Program-made: the position numbers and the translations under genes
Assembly (NCBI GenBank): GCA_965115985.1
Contig: OZ220474.1
Span: 988,909-1,052,908 of the forward strand
Source: Acidimicrobiales bacterium
GTDB lineage: Bacteria; Actinomycetota; Acidimicrobiia; Acidimicrobiales; Bin134
Length of the DNA stretch: 64,000 bases
Reading direction: 5' to 3'
Part shown: in pieces, positions 41,238-52,610 of the stretch
How positions within the stretch are numbered: position 1 is the first letter of the stretch
Layout of the letters: each line of letters starts with the position of its first letter
The notes under the pieces: generated by a model
What the model saw: only the letters and a program-made list of their open reading frames with translations
Database searches by the model: none
Told to the model about the DNA's origin: nothing

Positions 41238-41379
41238 ATCTGATTGGAACCCTGGAACCGATCAGAAACGCGACCCCCTGGACATCGGCTAGATCTGATT
41301 GGAACCGATACCACACCTGGCCGGGCTGACAACCGGCAGGATCAAGGAGCTGGACATCGGCGGGAACCGATCAGAAACG
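41216..41379. repeat. Duplicated junction of two convergent gene ends
   Basis: cgaccccctggacatcggctagatctgattggaacc occurs at 41216-41251 and 41271-41306 (3' end and stop of the + gene). ggaaccgatcagaaacg occurs at 41254-41270 and 41363-41379 (stop region of the - strand NUDIX gene). Confidence 0.85.
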
Positions 41380-41988
41380 AGGTAGCTCCTTCAGGGCTCT
41401 TGCTCCCAGCTCGGCCAGGCGTAGAAGGCCGGGATCACAACCAAATTCGGACAAGCCGTTCAGCGGCACCCAGCGCAAGCCCCTGGACTCGTGGTTGCCC
41501 CGGGGCCGGGCCCCGGCCGGAGCCCGCACCAGGAAGCGCACGTCGTAGTGCAGGTGGGGATCCTCGCCGGGAGGATCCACTCGGTGTACGTCCAGATGCA
41601 GGGGTTCCGACCAGATGCGCAGACCCTCGATGCCGGTCTCCTCGACAGCCTCCCGGAGGGCAACCGCCGCCAGATTGGCCTCGCCGTCGGCATGGCCCCC
41701 CGGTTGCAACCAGCGTCCCAGCTTGGCGTGCAGCAACAGCAAGGTGTGGGCCCCGCCGTCATCCACCACCAGAGCCGAGCCGGTAAGGTGCCCGGGCCGA
41801 CACGTTCGCCGGCAGGCGTCGGGACGACTGTCGATCAGCGCCCGGAAGCGATCGCCCTGCGCATCCTGGAAGACAGCCAGCAACCCCCGGGCTGCGGCCA
41901 GATCGGTGGCAGGGACCAACCGGGCGTCCCCCTCCCCCAACCATGAGCCTGCGACCAGGGTGGGATCGGGTTCGGTTGCATCAACCAC
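41371..41988 (-). CDS. NUDIX hydrolase
   Basis: Nudix box GGHADGEANLAAVALREAVEETGIEGL. Confidence 0.8.
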   Translation of the reverse strand: MVDATEPDPTLVAGSWLGEGDARLVPATDLAAARGLLAVFQDAQGDRFRALIDSRPDACRRTCRPGHLTGSALVVDDGGAHTLLLLHAKLGRWLQPGGHADGEANLAAVALREAVEETGIEGLRIWSEPLHLDVHRVDPPGEDPHLHYDVRFLVRAPAGARPRGNHESRGLRWVPLNGLSEFGCDPGLLRLAELGARALKELPRF

Positions 41989-41996
41989 GAGCGTGA

Positions 41997-42587
41997 TCAG
42001 CCTCTCCGGGACAAATCGGGACAGCCGGGAACGTACCAGCGCCAGGGGAGATCGACACCGGCGGTGAGACCGATACGGGGGGAACGGCCCGGGTGAGTGG
42101 GGGACGGGACTCCGTCGTCGACAATACCCATCCCCCCATCACCCATCCCCCCATCGTCACCAACCAGATCCATGCCGTTGGCGTCACCGTCCACACCCAG
42201 CGCGGCGGTGAGCTTGGCCGGTCCGCTGCACAGATCCCGGTCCCGACGGGCCGCTGGGCGGCGCTCGCGCATCCGGTCCAGCCCCACCAATGGGGTAAGC
42301 GCCCGCAACAACACTGCGGCGCACTCCCCGTCGGCACCGCACACAACGTTGGCGCACCAGTGCATGCCGTAGGTGAAGTACACGTACAACCGACCCGGAG
42401 GACCGAACATGACCTCGGTGCGAGGGGTCATGCCCCGGAACCCGTGGCTACCGGGATCATCGGCCCCGCCATAGGCCTCCACCTCCACGATCCGACCCCG
42501 GCAGCCTTTGAACTCAACCACCTTGTTCAACATCTCGGGTGCCACCTCCAGCACGTCCCGAGCATAGAAATCCCGCGCAAGCCTCAT
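41997..42587 (-). CDS. mpg: DNA-3-methyladenine glycosylase (Mpg/AAG family)
   Basis: FYARDVLEVAPEMLNK...IVEVEAYGGADDPGSHGFRGMTPRTEVMFGPPGRLYVYFTYGMHWCANVV. Confidence 0.9.
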   Translation of the reverse strand: MRLARDFYARDVLEVAPEMLNKVVEFKGCRGRIVEVEAYGGADDPGSHGFRGMTPRTEVMFGPPGRLYVYFTYGMHWCANVVCGADGECAAVLLRALTPLVGLDRMRERRPAARRDRDLCSGPAKLTAALGVDGDANGMDLVGDDGGMGDGGMGIVDDGVPSPTHPGRSPRIGLTAGVDLPWRWYVPGCPDLSRRG

Positions 42588-42666
42588 CGCCGGACCATCC
42601 TTTCAGGATCGGAATCCTCCCCGGAGGACCACGAGCGGCCCTCCCGGTCGAACCATCGGATGACCG

Positions 42667-43107
42667 CTACCCGAAGCCGACCGCCAGCACGACTCCCAGC
42701 GTCGCCAGGGAAAAGCCGATTATGGTGAAGACCAAGGTGCGGGACAACTGAGCCATCTGAAGCGTCAATCTCCTCTCCATCGCCTTCATCTCCTCAAGCA
42801 AAGCCTCAAACCCAGAATCAACCCTCTCAAACCGGCTATCCATCTTGTCGAACCTAGCATCCACATCCTGAAACCTGGCGTTCATCTCGATGCGCAGCCG
42901 TTCCTCGGAGGCACGCAGGTCTCCCTTGGTGGCCAAACTCTCCCAAGGCACAGGCGGCAATGAATCCATCAGCGTCTCAGACTCCTCTCTACCCAACACC
43001 TCACCCAGCTTACCCAACAACGCCAACCGCCTGCCCTCACCCACCGACTCACTCCCCGACATAGCGGGCCTCCCCAGATACGACCGTCGAAGGGAGGCAA
43101 ACATCAC
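42667..43107 (-). CDS. Small coiled-coil protein with C-terminal TM anchor (DUF1640-like), paralog A
   Basis: (V)MFASLRRSY...LPPVPWESLATKGDLRASEERLRIEMNARF...LSRTLVFTIIGFSLATLGVVLAVGFG. GGAGG lies 5 nt upstream of GTG 43107. It is a paralog of 52611-53030. Confidence 0.6.
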   Translation of the reverse strand: MMFASLRRSYLGRPAMSGSESVGEGRRLALLGKLGEVLGREESETLMDSLPPVPWESLATKGDLRASEERLRIEMNARFQDVDARFDKMDSRFERVDSGFEALLEEMKAMERRLTLQMAQLSRTLVFTIIGFSLATLGVVLAVGFG

Positions 43108-43191
43108 TGCCTCCGAGTGAATGCCCGGCACCTTAGCGGCCCAACCCCCCAAGAGCAACCACCCCAAGCCACCAGACCCCCCTGCCACCCA

Positions 43192-43202
43192 CCCCCCCCC
43201 CC
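43192..43202. repeat. C11 homopolymer in a C-rich spacer upstream of hsdM
   Basis: I counted this directly. It lies about 100 nt upstream of hsdM ATG (43305). Confidence 0.9.
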
Positions 43203-43304
43203 ACAGGAATGGCACAGCACCCCGCGGCAACCACCCCGCAGGACCGGACAATCAACCATTTCCCCATCCGAGCTGTCCCAGAAAGGGAATAGACTTGACC
43301 CCTC

Positions 43305-44891
43305 ATGAGAACCACGACCCCCGGCTTGTCGGCAACCCCACCATCCGACTACCGATCCGAGCTGTGGCGAATGGCCGATGTGCTCCGGGGAAGCATGGAT
43401 GCCGCCGAGTACAAGCACGTAGTGCTCGGGCTGATATTCCTCAAGTACGTGTCAGATGCCTTCGAGGAGGCCCAAGCACAACTAGTGGCCGAGGCCGAGC
43501 ACAACCGGGGGATCGACCCCGAGGATCCCGACGAGTACCGAGCCGAGAGCATCTTCTGGGTGCCGGTCGAGGCACGCTGGTCGCACCTGCAAGGCCAGGC
43601 CCGCCAGGCCGACATCGGTCGGCGGATAGACGACGCGATGGATGCCATCGAACGCGACAACCCCGCCCTCAAAGACGTGCTGCCCAAGAACTACGCCCGA
43701 CTGGCCCTCGACCAGAGCCGCCTCGGGCAGGTGGTCGAACTGGTGAGCAACATCCAGGTGGGAGGGGCCGAGGCCAGAGCCCACGACGTTCTGGGCGATG
43801 TCTACGAGTACTTCCTCGAGCAGTTCGCGATGGCCGAAGGCAAAAAGGGCGGGGAGTTCTACACCCCCCGTTCGGTGGTGCGGCTGCTGGTGGCCATGCT
43901 GGAGCCCTACCACGGTCGCGTCTACGACCCCTGTTGCGGCTCCTCGGGCATGTTCATCAAGTCGGTGGAGTTCATTCGTGCCCACGCCACCGGCAACGGC
44001 AACGGCGGGAAGGGCGGCCGGGACATTTCGATCTATGGCCAGGAGTCCAACCACACCACCTGGAGGATGGCCCGGATGAACCTGGCGATTCGAGGCATCG
44101 AGGGCCAGATCGAGCACGGGGATATCTTTCACAACGACCGTCATCCCGACCTGAAGGCCGACTACATCCTCACCAACCCGCCCTTCAACGTCTCCGACTG
44201 GGGCGGTGAGCAACTACGAGACGACCAGCGCTGGGTCTACGGCGTTCCCCCGGTCGGCAACGCCAACTTCGCCTGGGTACAGCACTTCCTGCACCATCTC
44301 GCCCCGGGCGGACAGGCGGGCTTCGTGCTCGCCAACGGTTCGATGTCTTCAGCCCAGTCGGGCGAAGGCGAGATCCGCAAGAACATCATCGAGGCCGACC
44401 TGGTGGATTGCATGGTGGCCCTGCCAGGGCAGTTGTTCCGTTCGACCCAGATACCCGCGTGCCTGTGGTTCCTGTCGAAGGCCCGCCGCACCGGAGAACA
44501 CCGGGACCGCGGGGGCGAGACATTGTTCATCGATGCCCGGGCCCTGGGCCGCATGACCGACCGCACGCACCGCGAGCTCACCGACGACGACATCGCCCAC
44601 ATCGCCGACACCTACCACGCCTGGCAAGGCAAGGAAAGCAGCCGTGAGTATGCCGATGTGCCCGGTTTCTGCAAATCGGCCGACCTCGAAGAGATAAAAC
44701 GACACGGACACGTGCTCACCCCCGGGCGCTACGTCGGCGCAGCACCCCAGGAGGAGGACGACGAGTCGTTCGAGCAGAAGATGTTACGCCTCGCCGACCA
44801 ATGGCGCGAGCAAAGGGCCGAGGCCCGACGGCTGGACGCGCTGATAGATGCCAACCTGGAAGCACTGGGTTACGGTGAGAACTCCGACTAG
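43305..44891 (+). CDS. hsdM: Type I restriction-modification system, methyltransferase subunit
   Basis: [37 protein letters not shown] (HsdM N-domain), motif [12 protein letters not shown] and motif [13 protein letters not shown]. Confidence 0.95.
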   Translation: MRTTTPGLSATPPSDYRSELWRMADVLRGSMDAAEYKHVVLGLIFLKYVSDAFEEAQAQLVAEAEHNRGIDPEDPDEYRAESIFWVPVEARWSHLQGQARQADIGRRIDDAMDAIERDNPALKDVLPKNYARLALDQSRLGQVVELVSNIQVGGAEARAHDVLGDVYEYFLEQFAMAEGKKGGEFYTPRSVVRLLVAMLEPYHGRVYDPCCGSSGMFIKSVEFIRAHATGNGNGGKGGRDISIYGQESNHTTWRMARMNLAIRGIEGQIEHGDIFHNDRHPDLKADYILTNPPFNVSDWGGEQLRDDQRWVYGVPPVGNANFAWVQHFLHHLAPGGQAGFVLANGSMSSAQSGEGEIRKNIIEADLVDCMVALPGQLFRSTQIPACLWFLSKARRTGEHRDRGGETLFIDARALGRMTDRTHRELTDDDIAHIADTYHAWQGKESSREYADVPGFCKSADLEEIKRHGHVLTPGRYVGAAPQEEDDESFEQKMLRLADQWREQRAEARRLDALIDANLEALGYGENSD

Positions 44892-44915
44892 CCGACCGCG
44901 ACAAGAGCAGGGCGA

Positions 44916-45338
44916 ATGCCGCTGGAGCTGACGAGCCTCCACCGCTCCATCCAGTCGCTGGCCGACCTGCTGGCCGTCGCCGAGAACGACGCGCGCTTGG
45001 ATCAGTTCACCGATGTAGAGCGCAAGGGTATCCGCGCCGGTGTTATCCAAAACTTCGAGGTCACCTACGAGCTCTCCTGGAAGCTGATGGCTCGCTGGCT
45101 CAACACCAACGTGAGCAGCGGCATCGCCGACGGCACCACCCGACGACAGTTGTTCCGCCTTGCAGCCCAACACCACCTAATCCATGATGTGGACGAGTGG
45201 ATGCAGCACCACGACGCTCGCAATATCACCTCCCATACCTACGACGAGACGAAGGCTGAACTGGCGCATCAGGCCGCTAGAAAGTTCGCAACCGATGCCC
45301 AGCACCTGCTCGAAGCACTGGAAGCGCGCAATGATTGA
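44916..45338 (+). CDS. HEPN-domain protein, HI0074 family (nucleotidyltransferase substrate-binding protein; putative RNase toxin of a HEPN/MNT pair)
   Basis: GVIQNFEVTYELSWKLMARWL and the Rx4H HEPN motif in HHDARNITSHTYDE. 140 aa. Confidence 0.85.
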   Translation: MPLELTSLHRSIQSLADLLAVAENDARLDQFTDVERKGIRAGVIQNFEVTYELSWKLMARWLNTNVSSGIADGTTRRQLFRLAAQHHLIHDVDEWMQHHDARNITSHTYDETKAELAHQAARKFATDAQHLLEALEARND

Positions 45339-46869
45339 CCTCAATCCCGTTCACCTCGCCATAGTCACCGACATCCTCGCCGAGCACGTACCCACCTACG
45401 AAGTAAGAGCTTTCGGCTCCCGCGCCACCTGGACAGCCAAGGACCACTCCGACCTAGACCTGGTGATAATCGGCGATGAACCGCTACCCACAAATACCCT
45501 GAGCTGCCTACGAGAAGCACTGGAGGAGTCACCATTACCGATACGAGTAGACGTCCTCGACTGGCACACAGTCCCCGAAAGCTGGCAGGAAGGAATTGAC
45601 GAAGATTGTGAAGTAGTTCAAGAAGTAATAGCTCATAATAAGTGGCAAAAAACGACGTTCGGTGAGTGCGCATATCTAGTTCGTGATACAGTATCACCCT
45701 CAGATTTCGATAACACCCCATACATAGGTCTAGAGCATATAGGTGAAGGCACTTTATCGTTGATAGGATCTGGAATAGCAAATGATGTCAGCAGTGCAAA
45801 GTTATTATTTCAGTGTAATGATATATTATTTGGTAAACTACGGCCTTATTTTCGCAAGCTAGCTAGACCACAATTTGGTGGGATATGCTCGACCGATATT
45901 TGGGTCGTGCGGCCAACAGATCAGGTTGACATTGGTTTTTTATTCTACCTCATGGCATCATCAAATTTTGTTGACACTGCAACACGAGGATCAGAAGGCA
46001 CCAGAATGCCTCGTGCAAAGTGGGACTTTGTCTCCCAACTTCCTATTTGGCTCCCACCCCTCGACGAGCAACGCCGGATCGCCCATATTCTTAGCACACT
46101 CGACGACCGCATTGAGTTGAACCGTCGCATGAGCAAGACCCTGGAAGAGATGGCACAAGCCCTCTTCCGTTCATGGTTCGTAAACTTCGACCCCGTACAC
46201 GCCAAAGTCGAAGGCCGACCCTCCGGACTCCCACCCGACCTCGACACCCTATTCCCCTCCTCCTTCCAAGAATCCCAACTAGGCCCAATCCCAAAAGGAT
46301 GGAAGGTGAAGAGCCTCGACGAAATCGCAGTGTTTACTAACGGTCTCGCGTTGCAGCGCTTCCCACCACATGATGACGACTGGTTACCAGTAATCAAGAT
46401 AGCGGAAATGAAACGTGGATATTCACAGAATACTAGTAAGGCTTCAGCGAGTATTGACCCAAAGTATATCGTTGAAGATAGCGACCTTTTGTTTTCTTGG
46501 TCGGGCAGTCTTGAAATTGTCCTGTGGGCAAACGGCCAAGGTGCGCTTAATCAACACCTGTTCAAGGTAACATCTTGTGAATTCCCTCTCTGGTTTTATC
46601 GCGGCTGGATAGCCAATTACTTAGAACACTTTCGCCAAATTGCTGCTAGTAAGGCTACAACTATGGGTCATATTCAGCGGCACCATCTGACAGATACAAA
46701 AGTAGTGATACCTCCACAAGATACTGTTTTCAAGAGTAATCGTTATCTTGCAACACTTACTGAACAGGAGGTGCGTACTGCGGTCCAAGCTCGCACACTT
46801 GCTGCTCAGCGTGATAAACTGCTGCCACCACTAGTTTCTGGCAAGTTAAGAACATGGAGGGCTAAGTAA
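45331..46869 (+). CDS. hsdS: In-frame fusion of an MNT-type minimal nucleotidyltransferase (HI0073-like antitoxin domain) with the Type I specificity subunit HsdS
   Basis: ATG 45331 overlaps the HEPN stop (ATGATTGA). The MNT motif is AFGSRATWTAKDHSDLDLVIIG. There is no stop and no ATG/GTG/TTG before the HsdS N-terminus (KWQKTTFGECAYLVRD). Two TRDs are separated by the conserved helix LPPLDEQRRIAHILSTLDDRIELNRRMSKTLEEMAQALFRSWFVNF. The C-terminal helix is ARTLAAQRDKLLPPLVSGKL. Confidence 0.85.
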   Translation: MIDLNPVHLAIVTDILAEHVPTYEVRAFGSRATWTAKDHSDLDLVIIGDEPLPTNTLSCLREALEESPLPIRVDVLDWHTVPESWQEGIDEDCEVVQEVIAHNKWQKTTFGECAYLVRDTVSPSDFDNTPYIGLEHIGEGTLSLIGSGIANDVSSAKLLFQCNDILFGKLRPYFRKLARPQFGGICSTDIWVVRPTDQVDIGFLFYLMASSNFVDTATRGSEGTRMPRAKWDFVSQLPIWLPPLDEQRRIAHILSTLDDRIELNRRMSKTLEEMAQALFRSWFVNFDPVHAKVEGRPSGLPPDLDTLFPSSFQESQLGPIPKGWKVKSLDEIAVFTNGLALQRFPPHDDDWLPVIKIAEMKRGYSQNTSKASASIDPKYIVEDSDLLFSWSGSLEIVLWANGQGALNQHLFKVTSCEFPLWFYRGWIANYLEHFRQIAASKATTMGHIQRHHLTDTKVVIPPQDTVFKSNRYLATLTEQEVRTAVQARTLAAQRDKLLPPLVSGKLRTWRAK

Positions 46870-47540
46870 TGTCGACTTCTGAAAACTCTAACGGTACTGA
46901 TAACTTATGGGAGGATGGAGTCCGTGCCTTCTTGAGTTACAAGGCTGAGTATCGGTCTCATGCTACTGAAATCAAGAAGTATCTGGGATCTTATGGAATC
47001 ACTACCTTTCTAGCTGGTGATGACATTCCTCCTCTAAGTGAATGGCAGAATGAGATAATGATGGCTCTAAAATCCATGGACTTTATGATTGCTCTACTAA
47101 CACCAGGATTCGAACAGAGTGTTTGGGTTAATCAAGAAATTGGGTATGCTCTTGGCCGGAACGTACCGGTGATCCCTGCCAGTCTTGGTTCAAAGCCATA
47201 CGGATTTATTGGCAAGTATCAAACCATAGATATTATCACAGAATTTTATGCCAACAGCAAGATATATTACGAAGGTGCAGTTAGACATATCTTCGAGGCT
47301 ATGCTTCGTATAGATGATGAAAATATTAATGAACTTGCGACCGATGCTTTTGTTAAAGCAGTATCTGCCTCTCCAGACTTTAGCACAACTGGAAAGTTGC
47401 TTAGTTTCCTTCCATTAATCAAGAACTTGACTGAAGAACAGACAGCTTTATTGATTGACTCCTATCGTAGCAATGATCAAGTACACAAATATTTGGGTTC
47501 CAAAGAGCTTCGCTATCGGCTAGGAATAGACCCGGTATAA
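46869..47540 (+). CDS. TIR-domain protein (N-terminal TIR_2/DUF1863-like domain plus a C-terminal region of about 95 aa with unknown function)
   Basis: AFLSYKAEYRSHATEIKKYLGSYGITTFLAGDDIPPLSEWQNEIMMALKSMDFMIALLTPGFEQSVWVNQEIGYALG matches the bacterial TIR pattern, including the conserved Glu. The start overlaps the hsdS stop (TAATG) and GGAGGG lies 7 nt upstream. GC is about 40% by eye. Confidence 0.7.
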   Translation: MSTSENSNGTDNLWEDGVRAFLSYKAEYRSHATEIKKYLGSYGITTFLAGDDIPPLSEWQNEIMMALKSMDFMIALLTPGFEQSVWVNQEIGYALGRNVPVIPASLGSKPYGFIGKYQTIDIITEFYANSKIYYEGAVRHIFEAMLRIDDENINELATDAFVKAVSASPDFSTTGKLLSFLPLIKNLTEEQTALLIDSYRSNDQVHKYLGSKELRYRLGIDPV

Positions 47541-47906
47541 CAGTATGTAAATAATAGAGATATATATAGAGATAGAATAATTCTCTGATATTTGTCCTTG
47601 ATAATCTTGCTTTTTATTCCTAAGTCATATCTCACTCTATAACTTGTATAATCAAATATTATATTGGGAGTACTATAAAAGAAACACCTCACTACTCATT
47701 TACAAACCTACTTTATAGACAACGTTATCTCACAATAGGGCTAGCTAGCTATGACATAAAACTGTTCTGTGCTGAGATAAGAATTGTCTATAGTACTGTA
47801 TATACTAGTGATCTATATATACCAGTGATATAGAAGGTGAGGGGGGACCCTGTTTTGAGTCCGTGTTTTGTGGGTCTTAGTCCTGGATTGTGGGAGGATG
47901 ATTGGG

Positions 47907-48185
47907 ATGAAACGTAAGCGTCATACGCCTGAGCAGGCGATTCGCAAGGTTCGTGAGGGCGAGCGGTTGTTGAACGGGGGGGCTTCGATCGGTGAGGTTG
48001 TGCGGGCGTTGGAGATCACTGAGTCCACGTGGAATCGGTGGCGGAACCAGTACGGGGGCCTGAAGGCTTCCGACGCCAAGGAGCTCAAGGCGCTTCGGGT
48101 GGAGAACACCCGGTTGAAGAAGTTGCTTGCCGAGGCGGAGTTGGACAAGGCGATGCTGAGGGATCTCGCCGAATCAAAATGGTGA
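47907..48185 (+). CDS. IS3-family transposase OrfA (HTH)
   Basis: MKRKRHTPEQAIRKVREGERLLNGGASIGEVVRALEITESTWNRWRNQY plus a leucine-zipper-like tail. GGGAGG lies 9 nt upstream of ATG 47907. Confidence 0.85.
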   Translation: MKRKRHTPEQAIRKVREGERLLNGGASIGEVVRALEITESTWNRWRNQYGGLKASDAKELKALRVENTRLKKLLAEAELDKAMLRDLAESKW

Positions 48186-49036
48186 CCCCGGATCGGCGTC
48201 GAGTCGCGGTTGAGCGGCTCCGGGCCGGGTTCGGGGTTTCCGAACGCAGGGCGTGCGAGGTGGTCGGCCAGCACCGGTCCACCCAGCGGCGACCCAAAAA
48301 GCCGGTATCGGACCGCGACCAGGAATTCCGCCGATGGCTTCGCTCCTTCGCCGCCGATCACCCGCGGTGGGGCTGGCGCAAGGCCCACGACGTCGCCGCG
48401 TCGAAGGATCTGGTGGTGAATCCCAAAAGGACCAGGGCCTTATGGCGCGACGAGGGCCTCCAGCGACCCCGGCAGAAAAAGAGCAAACAACGCCGTCGCG
48501 GCGACAACGCCGCGGCCCGGTTACGGGCCTGTCGTCCCAATCATGTTTGGGCACTGGATTTCCAGTTCGACGAGACTGCCCAGCACCGGAGATTGAAGCT
48601 GCTGAACGTCATCGACGAACACACCCGGGAGGCCTTGGCCATAGAAGTGGCCTACCGCATCGATGCCGACCGGGTCGTCGACGTGATCGCCGATCTGGTC
48701 GCTCAACGCGGCGCCCCCGAGCATCTGCGCATGGACAACGGTCCCGAACTCGTAGCCCAGGCGGTGCGGGACCGGTGCGAGACATGGGGCACCGACACCG
48801 CCTACATCGAACCCGGATCCCCATGGCAGAACCCCTTCATCGAGTCCTTCAACGGGCGACTCAGAGACGAATGCCTCAACATCGAGGACTTCGCCAACCT
48901 CACCGAAGCCAAAATAGTCATCCAGGACTGGAAAAACGAGTACAATAACTACCGGCCCCATCGGGCGCTCGACGGGAAACCACCCGCCGCCTACGCAGCC
49001 CAATGGGCCAAACAACACCAAACAAAACACCCATAA
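48179..49036 (+). CDS. IS3-family transposase OrfB (DDE/rve integrase core); may be made as an OrfAB fusion by -1 frameshifting near 48170-48182
   Basis: HVWALDFQFDET (D), LRMDNGPELV (D) and NPFIESFNGRLRDECLN (E). The frame is -1 relative to OrfA. ATG 48179 overlaps the OrfA stop. Confidence 0.85.
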   Translation: MVTPDRRRVAVERLRAGFGVSERRACEVVGQHRSTQRRPKKPVSDRDQEFRRWLRSFAADHPRWGWRKAHDVAASKDLVVNPKRTRALWRDEGLQRPRQKKSKQRRRGDNAAARLRACRPNHVWALDFQFDETAQHRRLKLLNVIDEHTREALAIEVAYRIDADRVVDVIADLVAQRGAPEHLRMDNGPELVAQAVRDRCETWGTDTAYIEPGSPWQNPFIESFNGRLRDECLNIEDFANLTEAKIVIQDWKNEYNNYRPHRALDGKPPAAYAAQWAKQHQTKHP

Positions 49037-49456
49037 CCCATGGACTCACAAACGGGTCCCCCTCAAAGGAATAGTGGCTATGATATCTATCGAAGTGTAT
49101 AGATCATTGCAGTAAAATATTCTGACGCTCTTCGAGCATATACCCGGACTATAAAATGGTGGTGTGGTTGATATGTTCGTGGTCTAGCAGAAGGAGCTTC
49201 TGCTGGTAACTGATTATGGCGACACACTTGGCTGGCTCCGCATGCAATTGGCTAGTGGCGATCTCTCGCCCAGATAGCACGAGGTAATCGATAATATGTG
49301 TCTGATAGCTGGTGTCGATTTGTGCCAGGAGCAGTTGCAGATTCGATGCGAGGACCCATTTGATCTCGCTAGGGCTGTGCAGCGAGTTGCAGAAGTATGT
49401 GAAAAGCTTGATATTATCATGGTTACTGCTGAGGTTGCCAAGCCCGCCATGGACGC

Positions 49457-52597
<3,141 letters not shown>

Positions 52598-52610
52598 TGC
52601 CCGGCGAGCA

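Larger units (their letters stand above)
47838..49065 (+). mobile_element. IS3-family insertion sequence (1228 bp) with terminal inverted repeats and a 4-bp target-site duplication
   Basis: IRL is tgaggggggaccctgttttgagtcc (47838-47862). IRR rc is tgagggggacccgtttgtgagtcc (ends 49065). AAGG flanks both ends (47834-47837 and 49066-49069). It has a two-ORF transposase. Confidence 0.9.

Noticed and set aside
46869-47540. Whether the TIR gene is part of a canonical Thoeris system.
   Set aside because: No ThsA-like gene (SIR2, SLOG, Macro or TM effector) is present anywhere in the window. The gene is operonic with hsdS instead.
49214-49450. 78-aa minus-strand ORF between the IS element and hsdR.
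   Set aside because: It is Cys/Ser-rich with an implausible composition and no motif. It is antisense to the small plus-strand ORF that ends in an ATGA overlap with hsdR. I cannot support it as coding.
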